A stretch of DNA of 64,000 nt from Mobula hypostoma (GCF_963921235.1 NC_086097.1:20152001-20216000); one strand, 5' to 3'. Numbered from the stretch's first letter, positions 36,670 through 51,984 are shown. Program-made: numbers and translations. Notes: generated by a model not told the origin, from the letters alone.

Positions 36670-37249
36670 CTGAAAAAGAGAAAAGTTATTTGTTTAAAAA
36701 GAAAAAAAAATCAGACTCCAGCCAGTTTCAAACTCTCCGCAGCAGAACATACTCTCCAGTTGTTTAAAGACGACTGAGAAGCAGGCACAATGGGCTGAAT
36801 GGTGTGAATCTGCTCTATGTCTTAGGCCTTGGGTGTAAAGCGACTGGACCCAACCCAGCCACAGACCTGCATCGACATTGGAGAACAGCCTCCAGGTGGT
36901 GTGCAAGAGCAGCACAAGACTCAGACTGTCACAGATGAAGAGTTTTGACCCAAAACATCACAGGGAACTTCTGTGGAGGCCAATCCATTTCCCTCCACCG
37001 ATGCTCCCTGACCGGTTGAGTTCCACTCACTTATTGATTTAATTCATTTCAAGAGGTTATAATAATCAGGAATTGCTTATGTTAATGATACCTTACACTT
37101 TGAATGTAGGAAGCTGCCTACTGGATCTGTCCCAGATCCCAAGGGAACAACCCCTTTCCTTTGTACTTCTGCACCATGTTGTCTTTAACATGTTGATTAA
37201 CTCCCATTTGATTCTCTTTTGCCATTACCCCAAGGTTGTTTACCTATCA

Positions 37250-37840
37250 CAGAGTCACGGAAACAGTCCCTTCAGCCCATCTAGTCCATTCTGAATTATT
37301 ATTCTACCTGGCCCCATGGACCTGAACCAGGACCATAACCGTCCATACCCCTCCTATCCATGTACCCATCCAAGCTTCTGTTAAATATTGCAATTGAACC
37401 ATCCTTCATCATTTCTGTTAGCAGCTCGCTTCACACTCTTACCACCCTCTCTGAAAATGATCCCCCTCAGGCCCCCCTTAAATATGTCACCTTTTATCCT
37501 TCACCTACAACCTCTAGTTCTAGTCTCACACAACCTCAAAGGAAAAAGCATGCTTGCTATCTATACCCAATTTTCTATACCTCAATCAAGACCCTCCTCA
37601 TTCCCCTACACTCCAGGGAATAAAGTCCTCGCCTATTCAACCTTTCCCTATAACTCATGCCCTCAAGGACTAGTAAGCATCCTTGTAAATTTTGTCTGCA
37701 CTCTTTCAATCTTATATTTTTCCTTAAGTGACCAGAACTACATACAGTACCTCAAATTTTGCCTTATCAATGTCTTATACATCCCAACTCCTGTACTCAA
37801 TACTCTTGATTCATAAAGGCCAAAATGCCAAAAGCATTTG
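37250..37840 (-). mobile_element. Old CR1 3' fragment in the last COQ6 intron
   Basis: Similar to 4652-5390. Confidence 0.7.
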
Positions 37841-38078
37841 GACATCTGAGAGGAACACAAGGGGAATATCAAACAGAGGGCACCCAAGGTGAGGATTGAT
37901 CCTGTGTCCCTGGAGCTCAGCATGAACCACTAACCACTTCACCATGCCTTCTGCGTTCCCCTAACACTGTACGAACCTTCCTTCTGCCAGTACCAACCCA
38001 AGCGTACCTGCCCCCTTACAGACCAAGATAAATGACTGAGCATTCAAAACCCTCATCTTGAAGAGCATCACCGATTAC

Positions 38079-38245
38079 CTTAACAGGCGCGAGGGCATTG
38101 GTTGCCTGCAGGCCAAGACTCCTCAATAAGACCATGGGCGTACTTTTGGTTGAGTACAGCCTCTTCAGCATGTCTATTGCAGCCATGATAGGGAGATTAT
38201 GTCTCTGACGCTCCGTTTCAAATGCATTCAGATGTTCAATGGACC
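38079..38245 (-). CDS. COQ6: COQ6 exon [56 protein letters not shown]
   Basis: [15 protein letters not shown] and GLQATNA motifs. CAG/GTAATC boundaries, 167 bp. Confidence 0.96.
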
Positions 38246-38394
38246 CTGGATGAAAAAGGGAAGACTGTGATGGAGCAGTCACAACACAGCTTAGATCTAG
38301 AGGGTAGTGTTACTCAGAAGAGCAGGTGTCCTTCAGTAGAGAGGCAAAACATTATTAGGAATAGAGTGAAGGCTATCATGAAATATAGATTACA

Positions 38395-39045
38395 GGTGAT
38401 CCATATTTGCCTCCCCATGGTTTGAAATCTGGCCAAAAAGCAGTTCACAGATAGCAAAGCATTCATTCAGATTGGAGTGCTGTTCCACAAAGGCAATGTT
38501 CCTGTGGACAGATGTTCCTGTGGACAGATGAGACAAAAGTTGAACTTTTTGGCAGAAGTGCACATCGCTATATCTGGAGGAAAAAGGACACTGCACACCA
38601 ACACCAGAACCTCACCGCAACTGTGAGGCATGGTGGAAGGAGCATCATGGTTTGGGGATGCTTTGCTGCCTCAGGGCCCAAACAGCTTGCAATCGTTGAG
38701 GGAACAAGGAATTCAAAATTGTATCAGGACATTTTACAGGAAAATGTCAGGGTAGCAGTCCGTCACCTGTAGCTTAACAGAAGTTGGATAATGCAGCAAG
38801 ACAATGATCCGAAAGACAAAAGCAAATCAACAACAGAATGGTTTAAAAAGTACACTTGTGTTTTGGAATGCCCGAGTCAAAGTGCTGACATTAATCCTGC
38901 AGAAATGTTGTGGAAGGACCTGAAGCAAGCAGTTCATGCAAGGAAGCCCACCAAAATCCCAGAGTGGAAACAGTTTTGTAAGGAGTGGCTTAAAATTCAT
39001 CCAAGCCGATGTACAGGACTGATCAATGGTTACCAGAAATGTTTC
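38395..39045 (+). mobile_element. Tc1 transposase fragment
   Basis: WTDETKVELFG, MVWGCFAASG, QQDNDPK, PSQS.DINP (DDE domain, degenerate). No TIR pair found. Confidence 0.88.
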
Positions 39046-39451
39046 AAGGACTCTACAACTCGTGTTCTCAGCGTTATTTATTATTGCTGTTGGTTTTTTT
39101 TGTGTTTGCAGTTTGTCTTTTGCACACTGGTTGTTTGTCAGTTTGTGTGTGTGTGCAGCTTTTCATTGGTTTTTATTCAACTTTTTGTTCTACTGTGAAT
39201 GCCTGCAAGAAAATAAATCTCAGGGTAGTGTATGGTGACATACATGTACTTTGATAATAAATTTACCTTAACTTTGCACTTCATCTTTGAAATACAAGAA
39301 TAATTACTGATGAGTATCCTTGGTTCAACAAACTAATGTAATCTGTACTTAAAGTCCAGCAATATTTAGATAAGTTTGTGAAATTAGAAAGATAAATTGC
39401 TTCCTAGCTCCACACAAGCTAGTTAAATTAACAGCACAAGGAGACTCTTAC

Positions 39452-39567
39452 CCAGGTCTTTGCCATTGAAGGCTGCCTCACTGAGATGCTGTGAGAGAGA
39501 GGTCACATCCCCGAAGCCCAGGTTGACTCCCTGGCCTGCCAGTGGGTGAACTTTGTGGGCAGCGTCA
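39452..39567 (-). CDS. COQ6: COQ6 exon [38 protein letters not shown]
   Basis: GDAAH..HPLAGQG.N.G FAD-binding motif. CAG/GTAAGA boundaries, 116 bp. Confidence 0.97.
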
Positions 39568-41109
39568 CTGCAGAGAAAGAGAGAGAAAACTTAATGCAAT
39601 TGTGAAACCATCTGGCCACAGGTCACTAGATCCAATGAATACTTCACATTAGGTCAACCATCTGCATCACTTCTGATCAATAAAGTAGAACTAGAATTTT
39701 ACATCAGAATCACTTGAGATGGTACTTATTGTTCAATCTGTATACAAATAGCAGCATCAATCACACAGGACTGTCAATCCAGGGAGTGCCCTCTTGTCAT
39801 TACCATCCAGAGTCAAACAAGCCTCAAGACCCACACTCTATTCAGAACCAGCTTCTTCCCCACTGCCATCACATTTCTGAACAATCCATGAATACTACTG
39901 CGTTATTCTTCCTTTTTTTTAAAAAAAAAGCCATTTATTACTCTAATTTATAGTAACTTTTTGTCTTTGCACTGTTTTGCAATATCAAAAAAAATTCATG
40001 TCATTTATGTTAATAATAATTCTGATTCTGAAAGCTGGGATTTATTTAGCGGAATTATTTAGGAATTCACGATATATCGACAAGGAAGTTTTTGACTTCA
40101 TTAGGGCACCCAGCTTCCCTGTTCAACCCATTGCTCCCACCCCACTATCAAAAAAAAATAAGTCTGCTTCCATGGTTAAGTTTTCCAAATTCTATAAGAG
40201 TTTTATAAGAGGCACAGATCACGTGGATGGCCAGAAGCCCACCACCACCCCCGCCCCAAGGCAGGAATGGCTAATACAAGGGGGCATAATTTTAAAGGTG
40301 ATTGGAGGGAGGTGAATGGAGGATGTCAGAGATGAGATTTTTAAATGGAGTGGTGGGTGTGTGGAATGTGCTGCCAGAGGCAGATATAGAGGATATTTTA
40401 CAGACTCTTAGACGAGCACATCGATGAAAGAAAGATGGAGGGCTGTGTGGGAGGGAAGGTTTAGATTGATCTTGGAACAGGTTAAAAGGTCAGCAGAACA
40501 TTGTGGGCCAGGAGGTCCTATACTGTGCTGTGCATTTATTGTATTTTTACAGCTCAGTAACAGGCCTTCCAGCCCTCGCTACCCAATTACTTCCAAGTGA
40601 TTAATTAACCTATAACACATACATCTCTGCAATGTGGGAGGTACTGCTCTACGTACTATTACATTTTTAATTGGTTACCATCGCATAGGTGTCAAATCAC
40701 AGATGCTGACTAACAAATTAAATGCAGACCGGCTTGTGTATCCTCATTACTCAACAAATCATCATGCATGAAATATATCCGAAATGGGTCTATTGCCTTT
40801 AAGTGTAATGCTGTTATATGAAGCATTTATTTTAAAATTGACAACTGGCATTTAAATGAAATGGCAACATGAGGGATGTTATGACCAGTGACCAGAAAGC
40901 TGGTAAAACAATAGGGTTTCAGGAGGGAAGAGGTGGGGAGCTTTCTGCTGCGAGTTCCAGATTATGCCGTCTAGCCAGCTTGATAAACGTATTAGAATTT
41001 GTTTTGACAAGGAGCAGAGATCCAGATATAAACTTGCAATCCTACATCTCCTCATCACTTCTATTATAATCATTCTACTCCTTTTGATTTGATCTGTGTG
41101 AACAGTATG

Positions 41110-42770
41110 CAAGGCAAGCTTTTTAAAAGTCATCACGGGAAAATCTTGCCTGACAAATCTGTTTGTACTCTTTGAGGAATCACAGACAGTATTATCAAAG
41201 GGGTCAGTGGATGTTGTTAACCTGGATTTTCAGAAGGACTTCAACAAGTCGCTGCACGAGGCTGCTAAACTAGATACGAGCTAATGGCATTACAGAAAAG
41301 ATACAAGCATGGATACAGCATTGGCAGGAAGCAAAGCGTGGGAATAAAGGGAGCCTGTTCTGGATGGCTGCGGTAACTGGTGGTGTTCCGCAGGGGTTAG
41401 CACTGGGACTGCTTCTTTTCACGTTATATGTTACTGACTTGAATGATGGAATTAATGGCTTTCTAGCCAAGTTTACAGACAATACAAAGGTTAGGTGGAG
41501 GGACAGGTAGTATTGAGGAAGCAAAGAGCCTGCACAAGAATTTGGACAGACTAGGAGAATGGGCAAATAAGTGGCAGATGAAATATAGCGTAGGTAAAAT
41601 TGCAGGTTGAGCCAGTGGCAAGGAAGGCAAATGCATTATAAGTGTAACACCCTGGGAAAGATTTCACTGCTAACATAATGGTCTTTCTGTAGAAGCCGTG
41701 TTTGGGTTATGGTTAAAGATAACAGGTGCTTTGGAAAGTCAGCCCCCCAATGAAGGGAGTGTGATTTTTGTGTTGTGCGCGAGCTGGGTTTTTGGTTCGA
41801 GGGAGATAAAGGCAGAAGGCACCGGAGAGAAGAGGTCGTAGACTCAACCCGGAGTGGGACCATGATCTGACGAAGGCCGATGAGATCGAAGGAGGATCGG
41901 TGAAGGGGAAACCATGAGCTCCAACTTGTGCACATTAGATGGTTTCACTAAAATGGGCCCTTTTCCTTTTTTTGCTTTTTCTATACTAACCCTTCAGTCA
42001 AATTAAGAATTATAAAGCTGAATCATTTAATGTATGTGGTGTACCGTCTGTTATTTTGTGGTACTGATTGTAACAGGGTAACAAATCACGCAGCATCCAC
42101 ACAAACAGGAGGTTTCGAGGCAGACTTACACCTCAATCTCCCACGTTTGGCAGGGCCAGAGGTTGTCTTCCCTAGACATACGCAGCCCACAGAACCAGAG
42201 TGTTTCATTAGCATTCACTTTGAGTGGACTAAATTATAAACGCAAGGACGTAATGCTGAGGATTTACAAGGCATTGGTCAGATGACACTTGGAGCACCAT
42301 CAGCAGTTTTATCTAAGAAAAGATGTGCTAACATTGAAAAGGATCTGGAGAAGATTCACAAGGATGATACTAGGGAAAAAAAAAGTTCACACATGAAGAC
42401 TGTGATGGCTCTGGGCCTTTACTCACTGGAGTTTAGAAGAATGAGGGGGAGCTTACTGAAACCCATCTAATATTGAAAGGCACAGATGTTTCCTATAGTG
42501 GGGGAGTCTTGGACCAGTGGGGCGAATCTTTAGAACAGAGAGGAGGAGAAATTTCTTTCATTAAATGATGGCGGATCTGTAGGATTCATTGCCACAGACA
42601 GCTGTGGAGGCTGAGTTATTGGGTATATTTAAGGCAGAGATTGATAAATTCTTGATTATGGGGAGAAGGCAGGAGAATTGGATTGAGAGAGATAATCAGC
42701 CATGATGGAATGGTGGAGCAGACTTGATGGGCTGAATGGTCTAATTTTGCTTCTATGTCTTATGGTCTTA
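41110..42770 (+). mobile_element. Degenerate CR1 3' half interrupted by a solo LTR
   Basis: Decayed RT motifs and a CR1 3' UTR/tail near 42760. Confidence 0.8.
41643..42207. mobile_element. Solo LTR
   Basis: TGTAAC...TTTCA termini, 4-bp TSD TAAG/TTAG (1 mismatch), shares blocks with 63362-63973. Confidence 0.8.
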
Positions 42771-43028
42771 GGTGACAATAAACCAATACCAACACAAAAT
42801 AGCAGAAATTCAAAAGGAAGCTGCAGATTTGCACTGACCCAAAGGGAGGCACTGTAGAACAACAGTCATAAACTGCTGTAGAAATCAAACGAGAAGCAAG
42901 AGCATTCTTCAGCTGATTTTGTGCCTGTCCCAGGGACAGCATTGGACAAGACAGCAGTAAGATGGCTTCCTTGATTTACAGCCTCAGGCAGGTTCATGAG
43001 AGAGAAAAAAAAATTACTAAAATCTTAC

Positions 43029-43231
43029 CCGATCAGGGCAACTCGCGGTCCAACATACTTGGTGGCATGGCCCAGCCCCAGTGGAAACATAGCCCTGCTT
43101 TTTGGGTCGATGCGCGCCACGCTTGGTGGAAGCTGGCGTGCTGACGTGCCCGACGGCATCAGGAATGCAAATGCCGTTTTCCACATGGAGTTGGCGGTGG
43201 CAACGAATTCAGAATGATTCTCATTACTCCA
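43029..43231 (-). CDS. COQ6: COQ6 exon [10 protein letters not shown]...[39 protein letters not shown]
   Basis: SARQLPPSV and FPLGLGHA motifs. CAG/GTAAGA boundaries, 203 bp. Confidence 0.96.
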
Positions 43232-44011
43232 CTGTAACACATAACAATTGACAGCATTACCAGACAAAATAATCATTCTAAAGGAAACATCACGTCTTTT
43301 ATTATCTACCAAAAGTCAACATGTGACAATCCAATTCCAGCAAGCATCCGTAGCTCTCTGACAGGAGGCAAAGATAAATATGGTGGTAAAGCATGTATTG
43401 GTATATTATGTGTCATATCTAACAAAATACTATGAAAACCTACAGTTTAGACAAATCAAATAATTACCCAGAGTATTCAGATAGAATGTGGGAAATCAAT
43501 AACAAAAGAGAATAAAGTACATAAGCTACCAAAAAAGTGCATGAAGGAAAACGATAAAGTATTATGATCATAACGAGGTAGATTGTGAGGCCAAGAGTCT
43601 ATTTTATCGAACCAAAGGTCCGTTCAAGAGACTGGGATAAAAGCTGTCCTCAAGTCTGATGGTACAAGCTTTCAGGCTTTTGTGTCTTCTGCCCAATGGG
43701 AGGGGGAGAACAGAGTGTGCCCTGGGTGGGTGGGGTATTTGATTAAAGTGACTGCTTCACTGAGGCAGCTGGAAGGGTAGACAGAACCTGCAGAGCAGAG
43801 AGTTATTCCTGTGATGTGCTAAGCTCCATCCACACATCTCTGTAGCTGCTTGTGGTCACGTGCAGAGCAGTTACTATACTGAACAGTTGTACAACCACTC
43901 TATTGGTATTTTCATTATTGTCACATGTACAAATACAGTGAAAAACTTGTCTTATATAGTTTATACAAATCAAATCATTACACAGTGCTTTGAGGTAGAA
44001 CAAGGTAAAAA

Positions 44012-46968
44012 TCAAGATCAAGGCAATCTGAAATCAAGATGGCGCTGTGTACGGCAGCCATGTTGCGAGCTCCATTCCAAATCTACAGTATACTACTAAT
44101 TGCTACAATTTTCTTAGCATTTTCTGTTCAAGTAGCTGACAGTCACATCGGATACGATAGACTGCCCCTTCTGAACGTCAGAAAGACAGCATTTACCCAC
44201 TAGTGCTGCCTTTCCTACACTGGGAACCCCTGCTTGCACAATCCATGGGAGACTCATCTCTTACACCCCCGCTACCTCGGACGAAGCGCCGGAGGAGAGG
44301 AAAAGGGTCGGCGTCCTGGTGAGGCCGAGATGGCGTGCAAATCAACCGCTGCTCCCTAGCATACTCCTGGCTAGTGTTCAGCCCCTGGAGAACAAGCTGT
44401 GCGAACTGAGAGGCAGAATCTCCTACCAGCAGGAAAGAAAGGACTGTAACATTTAGTACTTTGTGGACACCTAGCTGATGGAGGAGATACCAGACCATAC
44501 TATCGAGCCCTCTGGGTTCTCCCTGTTCCGTGCGGACAGATCAAAAAACCTCTCTGGGAAGAGTAAAGGAGGATGGGGTATGCTTCATGGTCAACAAGGC
44601 TTGGTGTGACCCCCAGGATGTGCATACACTCAAATCCTTTTGCTCCCCAGACCTGGAATACCTGGTGCGGTTGTGCAGACCCGACTGGCTGCATAGGGAG
44701 TTCACGGCTATTATCATCACAGTGGTGTACATTCTGCCGCAGCCTGATACTGACCTGGCTCTCAAGGAACTGTACAAGACCGTCAACACACTGGAGACTA
44801 CACACCCAGAGGCTGCCTTCATCGTCGCCAATGACTTCAATCGAGCGTCGCTGACTAAAGTCTCTCTGAAGTTTTGTCAGCACATCCAGGTGAGCTCTCG
44901 TGGAGATAGCACACTTGACCACTTCTACTCTTCCTTCGCAATGCTTACAAAGTTCTCCTTCGCCCAGCTTTTGGAAAGTCAGATGCTGGTCCGACAATCA
45001 GTCTCCATGCTGCAGGACTGCTTCGATGACATCGACTGGAACATCTTCCATGATGAGGATGTCTCCCAATTCACAGATGGACTCACGTGCTTCATCTGGA
45101 AGTGCATCAATGATGTTGTCCTCCAGAAGTCGGTCAGGGTATTCCCGAACCAGAAACCCTGGATCAATAGTTCCATGTGAGCAGCACTTACCGTGCAACA
45201 CAGAGCTTATGTTGCCGGTAATCAGCTCGAGCTCAAGAAAAACAGCAACGATCTGTGAAAAGCTATCAAGGCTGCGAAACAACAATACAGGGACAAGATT
45301 GAGTCCAGATTCACTCTGAATAGCACACGTGACTTGTGGCGAGGGCTGCATACCACCGCAGACTCCAAAGCCAAATGTAGTGGTGCCGCCAACAACGCAA
45401 CCTCTCTCCCAGACGAGCCCAATCGCTTTTATGCTCGGTTCAATGTCGCTATCTCTGAGCCTCCGAGGAAAGCCACTGCGACAACCTGCAACCTGCTCAT
45501 CTCTGAGGCTGAGATACACAGATGTTTCCGACAAGTGGACAGTGGCAAGGCTGCAGGACCAGACGGCATCTCAGGGCGAGTACTCAGGATGTGCGCAGCA
45601 CAACTGGCAGGTGTGTTTACTGACATTTTTAATCTCTCCCTCTCCCAGTGTAGAGTGCCCTCCTGCTTCAAATTATCCACCATTGTCCCTGTACCAAAAA
45701 AGACCAAGGTAACATGTCTGAATGACTGGCGTCCTGTCGCTCTCACCTCAATAATAAGCAAATGCTTTGTGAAGCTGGTCAGGGATTACATCTGCAGCTT
45801 GCTACCACCCACACTGGATCCCCTACAATTCACCTACCGACACAACCGATCCACAGACGACACAATAGCCACTGCTCTACATAGTGATCTTACACATCTG
45901 GAGAAGGATGCTTATGTGAGAATGCTGTTCTTGACTACAGTTCAGCATTCAACACCATAATTCCCTTCAGGCTCAACAGGAAGCTCAGAGACCTCGGCCT
46001 TGTCCCGGTCTTGTGCAGCTGCATCCTGGACTCCCTGTCAGATCACCGGCAGTTGGTAAGAGTGGGCTCCATCACCTCCACCCTCTGACTCTCAAAACAG
46101 GAGCCCCTCAGGGCTGTGTACTAAGTCCCCTCCTTTATTCCTTTGTCACCACCCACAGCTCTAATCTGCTAATTAAATTTGCCGACAACACTACATTGAT
46201 TGGCCTAACCTCAAACAATAATGAGGTGGCCTACAGGGAAGAAGTCACCTCTCTAACACAGTGGTGTCAAGAAAACAATCCCTCCCTCAATGTCACAAAA
46301 ACAAAGGAGCTGGTTGTGGATTACAGGAGGAATGGAGACAGGCTAACACCTATTGACATCAATGGATCCAGGGTTGAGAGGGTAAACAGCTTTAAAATCC
46401 TCAGCATAAACATCACCGAGTACCTCACGTGGTCTGCACACACCAGCTGTGTGGTGAAAAAGGCACAACAGCGCCTTTCACCTCAGACGGTTGAGGAAGT
46501 TTGATATGGGCCCCGAAATCCTAAAAGCTTTCTACAGGGGCACAATTCAGAGCATCCCGACTGGCTGCATCACTGCCTGGTATGGGAACTGCACCTCCCT
46601 TAATCGCAGGACTCTGCAGAGAGTGCAGAGATTCAGGACATTTACAAAGACAGGTGTGAAAAAAGGGCCGAAGGATCATTGGGGACCTGAGTCACCCCAA
46701 CTACAGTCTATTCCAGCTGCTACCATACGGGAAACAGTACTGCACATAAAAGCCAGGACAAACAGGCTCTGGGACAGCTTCTTCCACCAGGCCATCAGGC
46801 TGATGATATCACGCTGATTTGAGTGTATTTCTAGGTTACATTGACTGTTCTATTTAGTATAAATTACGTACTTTGATTGCACAATGCACATTTAGACGGA
46901 GACATAACGCAAAGATTTTTACTCCTCATGTATGTGAAGGAAGGAAGGAAGAAGTAAAGTCAATTCAA
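44012..46968 (+). mobile_element. Rex1/Babar-type LINE, near full length, frameshifted
   Basis: EN fragments and RT motifs [59 protein letters not shown]. Inserted into an older repeat that resumes at about 46969. Confidence 0.9.
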
Positions 46969-49900
46969 ACAATAACAATGCAGAACAAAAGCTACTGAAA
47001 AAGTGAAGTACAGGTAAAGTGCAAGATCATAACCAATTAAACTGTGAGGTAAAGAGTCCACCTTATCATACGTACAAGATCTACTCAAGAATCTGATTAC
47101 GGTGGGACAGAAGCTGTCCTTGAGTTTGCTGGTATGCATGTGCTTTCAAAATTATTTATCTCCTGCCCAATGGGAGGGGGGTGAAGAGAGGATGCCCAGG
47201 TGGATGAGACGTTTTGATTATGCTGGCTGCTTTACAGACACAGCAAAAAAAATATGGACAGTCGATAAAGGGAAGACTACTTTTCTGTGACGTTCACAAG
47301 AGACTCCACAAACACTAGAAATCCAGAATAACACACATGAAATGCTGGAGGAATTCAGAGGTCAGGCAGCAACCATGAAGGGGAATAAACAGTCAGTGTT
47401 TCAGGCCAAGTACTGATGAAGGGTCTCGGCCTGAAACTTTATTCCTCTCATAGATGCTGCCTAACCTGCTGAGTTCCTGCAGCATTGTGTGTATCTTGTG
47501 ATGTTCACCTTCATCAGTCAGGGCAAGGTATCAAAGTCATGTTGAAGCTGTATAAAATTTCAGTTAGGTTGAACTTGGGAGTACTGTAATGCAGTTCTGA
47601 TCACCTTATTACACAGTTAGTGACTATAAAAGAACAAGGGCAATGGAATGTGAAACCATTGGGTTTGATGTTTTTGGAATCAACAAAAGGTGCGTAAAGC
47701 ACCCTTCCAACTTCAGGATGTTACAGAGCAGTTTAAAGCTAATAATCTGTTCTGGAACATTGCACTGGTGTGATGTGGGGAAACTCAATGGATCACCTAC
47801 AAAGCAAGCTCCCAACATTGGAATGTGAATGGGATCAGAAAACCTATTTTCAGTGAGGATTACTGAGGGACAGACTTCAACCTTGACTCAAGGAGAATTA
47901 CCCTAGTCTTCCACAGAGTACCATGGAATCTTACACACACTGGGGAAAGGAGACAGAGCCCGTGCACAGAGGCTCATCTGACAGGTGCCACCTCTTGACA
48001 AGACGGCTATACAATAATACCAAATAATAAACATGACGCAATATCCTATAACGCGGGGTTATCTCACTTGACTTAAACTGTCCAGCATGACCGGACTCAA
48101 CTCCAATTGTGCATTGTACACTTCTGTAGCTTTTAAATACAACAATATTTGCTGAAGTTGAGAGCTTCAGGTTCTAAACATCACCAATAGCATATGCCAG
48201 TCCAACCACACATATACCACAGCCAAGAAACTCACTAATGCCTCTACTCCCTCCAGAAGTTAAAGAGATCTGGTATACTCCTGTCAACCTTTACCAATTC
48301 TGAAAATATACCACAGAAAGCGTCCGATCTGGATGCAACAAGGCAACTACTCTGCAAGAAACTGCAGAGTTGTGGACACAGCTCAACACACGACAGGAAA
48401 CAGCTTTGCTTCCATTGACTCTACAATACTCGCAGCCTCAGTAAAGCAGCCAGCATAATGAAAATCACCACCCGCCCCGGACGTCCTCTCTTCTCCCTCT
48501 CCCAACAGGCGGAAGATACAGAAGCCTGAAAGCAGGTACAATGACAGCTTTTATAGGAATATTGATTGGTTCCCTAGTACGATAGACTATTGACTTCCCA
48601 ATCTATCTCGTTATGATCTTGCACAGCACTTTCTCTGAGGTAGAATAATGTACTATAGAGTGCAGCAGCTACAATGATTTGATCTATAAGAAGAGTACAC
48701 AAGGTTTTTCACTACTTCAGTAAATGTGACAATAATAAATCAATTCCAATTCAAGAAAATGGCTCAAATATTCATGAAAGGATACGCTACTGCAACTTGC
48801 CATGCCATAAAAGTTATTAAGATACAAATAACACTGCAGCAGCAGGGAGGAAAGGAAGTGAAGCTCCAAGGGTGTCCAGTTGATGAGCAGACTCTGTTGT
48901 GTTCCTAAAGAGAACAAACAGCCTGTAAAAATCAACAGACACGTGCAGAATGAATGGTCTCAGCAGAGGCAGTACAGAGCTACTGACCCACAGAGACACG
49001 GGGCAGTTCAAGTCAACCCTCAAAAGAGGAGAATTAAAAGCAGTATATGGATTGAATCCCCAGCTCACCGAGCTCTGCCGTCTGAAAACAGAACCTGTGC
49101 TGGAAAGTGAAAGGATGCAGGTTTGCAAAGTGCGCCTGCACAGAACTCCCATGAAACCAAAATAACTAATATTTCCACATCAAACGTTCAAAGCTCAAAG
49201 CAAATTTATTACTGAAGTAAGTATAGTCTATACAACTTTGAGATTCATTTTCTTGCAGACAGCCACAAAACAAAGAAACACAATGGAATCCACAAGAAGC
49301 ACCCACACAGAACATGAACTACAGAGTCCCTGAAAGTAAGTCAGCAGCCACGGAGCCAGATCAGCACTGAGGGAGACGGTGCCCAAAGGCCGAAGGCCAG
49401 ACCTGCAGCGTCAATTCATCACCGAGGTGACTGAAGTTGATCCGGGAGCCAAATGGCTGCAGGGCAACAACTACTCCCAAACCTGGCAGTGAGGACCCAA
49501 GACTCCTGCACCACCCACCCAATGGCAGCAGTAAGAGAGGGAGACATGTCAAGCTCAGGTGGGGGATCTTGGCTGGCACAGATCCTCGGCCCTCTGCCTC
49601 CAACGCTTCAACAGGGCCCAAAGCCACCCCAGCAACGGCCACATCCTCAAGAGTCCAGTTCACCGAATCCCTCAGATCACAAAAATGTCATATCGTTCAG
49701 ACAGCTCAAAAGCGCACCTCCCAGACGGAAATTACAGGCTGCAGATTTAAGTGCTCGTAGTCCAGAAGATGTCTATTTAGTAGAATAACTAGTATATTGC
49801 TGCATATTGCCAGCGCCATTTTGGAAAGCCACAGTCTTTTTTCTGTCAATTAACATTCCTCTTACCCTGTTGTTGCCATTTCTACCCTGCATCCCCCCCC

Positions 49901-50563
49901 CCCCACATTAGTATCCATCTAACCATTCTGCAGGGGAAATGGGAGGGGCTCAGGAGTGGTGGTAGAGATATTTAAGAGACACTTAGATAGGCACATGGAT
50001 GAAAGGCAAATGGAGGACTATGTGGGAGCAAAGGGTTAGATTGATCTCAAAGTAGGTTAAAGGATTGGCACAACATTGTGGGCCGAAGGGCCTGTACTCT
50101 TCTGTGCTTATACAGCAAGTATCAAGCACCTATTTTCTTCAATCACCACAAATGCATTGGCCCTAGTAATTGCTGATCAAAGCAGATAGAAAGAATTGGA
50201 GGAATATTTTAATCTCTCTCCACATTGCCACTTGTCGGGCAGAGCCAGTCTCAAAGTGCTTTCACTCTGAAGGTGCATGCAGCCAGTTGCTGTGAGAGGT
50301 GTGGATGTTAGAAAGTGATAAAAAAAAAACAGGAAGAGCAAGACAGGCAGCACCCTGCTGCACAAATTTTCTGCTCAAAGATGCCGTTAGCTGCAGCCAG
50401 ACCCGGAAAGTTTGTAATCAGAAACGGCATTGCTGGTCGTTTCCCCCAACACCTCTCCACACTTACTGCTAGTGCCAGAGAGCTGAAAGCAGCCAGCTCT
50501 GTACAGACCGATGACCACGAGTGCAATCCCCACTCAAATCTGGCAATTCCAACATACACTTAC

Positions 50564-50671
50564 AAATGCTGAATTGATGGCATCGACAAACGTTTCTTCA
50601 TCCACGTTGAGCAAGTCGGTGGCATGCTGGTGAGAGGTCGACCATACCAAGGAGCTGAGGTTATCAGAGAG
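50564..50671 (-). CDS. COQ6: COQ6 exon [36 protein letters not shown]
   Basis: SSLVWSTSH motif. TAG/GTAAGT boundaries, 108 bp. Confidence 0.96.
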
Positions 50672-51984
50672 CTAGAGAAAGAAAGAGTGGATTATTCCCC
50701 AGAAAGTATGCCCCATTAAAAGTATCTTCAGAGCGGGATATCAAAAAATATCAGCTTAATCACACAAACCAAATATTCAAGGTGATCACACTCCTGTAAC
50801 AAAGTTCCAGCATTGGTTTTGCTTCCTCTCTGCTGGACTTATTCATCTTCCCCTATATATACCACCTCCAGACAGATTAACTGTAATTAACAAGTATCCA
50901 TCACTCTCTCTTGGACAACAGTAACTTGAACGACCTCAATCTCCACTAACCACGGATATTTCCTTTGTTCTCTCCACCCTCCCCTCTTTTCTTTCCAACT
51001 TCAGACACACTAAGCTCGACCTGTAACACTAACTCTCTACTTGGACCTGCTGAGTATCTGCAGAATTAATTCTCTCTTTTAATGGCTATTACTTTACTTC
51101 TCACCATCCAGAATGTGCCCTCATCAAAACTACCTTCATGGAGTAGGTAATGCATCAGGGAGATGCACACTCTACGTTTTAGAAACAGCTTCTTCCCCTT
51201 TGCCATCAGATTCTTGAACTGTCCATGAACCCATGACCTCAATTTTGCCCTCTTTTTGCACTGTTTATCTTTTGTATTTCTTATTGTAAAATATAGTAAT
51301 TTTTATGTATTGTACTGTACTGCTGAGCAAAAAACAAATTTCACAAAATATTCAGTGATAATAAACCTGATTCTGGTTCAGACTCAACTCTCAGTTTTCT
51401 TGGCCTCCACAAAGCTCAAAGTTGAGAAGCAACACCTTAAACTCACAATTGACACTTTACACTTCAAACCTCAACACCGAATACAACAAAAGACATTTAA
51501 CAATTCCAATCTCATACCTCATAATTCCTCTATTTGTTGGCTTTATCTCCTCTAGTAATTCATTCACCTCGTCTTATTTTCAACAGCTCCAAACACAATC
51601 ACTCTTTCAACTGATAATCCTACCAAGGGTATCAATTTAATAGACCCAGTACATAACAGGTAAAGCCCTCCCAACCATTGAGCACATATATATGATAATG
51701 ATACACTGTTGTAGGAAAGCAGCATCCATCAAAGACCCTCACCACCCAGGCCATGCTCTTTTCGCACTGCTGTTCTCAGGCAGAAGGTACAAGAGCCTCA
51801 GGACTCGCACCACCAGGTTTAAGAACAGTAACTACCCACAACTGTCAGGCTCATGAAAAAAAAGGGGATAACTATAGTCACCTGTAGATGTCCCCATAAC
51901 CAATGATCTCACTTCAAGGACTCTGATTTTGGATCTCCCCCTCCCCCTCCCACTTTCAAATCTCTTACTAACTCTTCCTTCAGT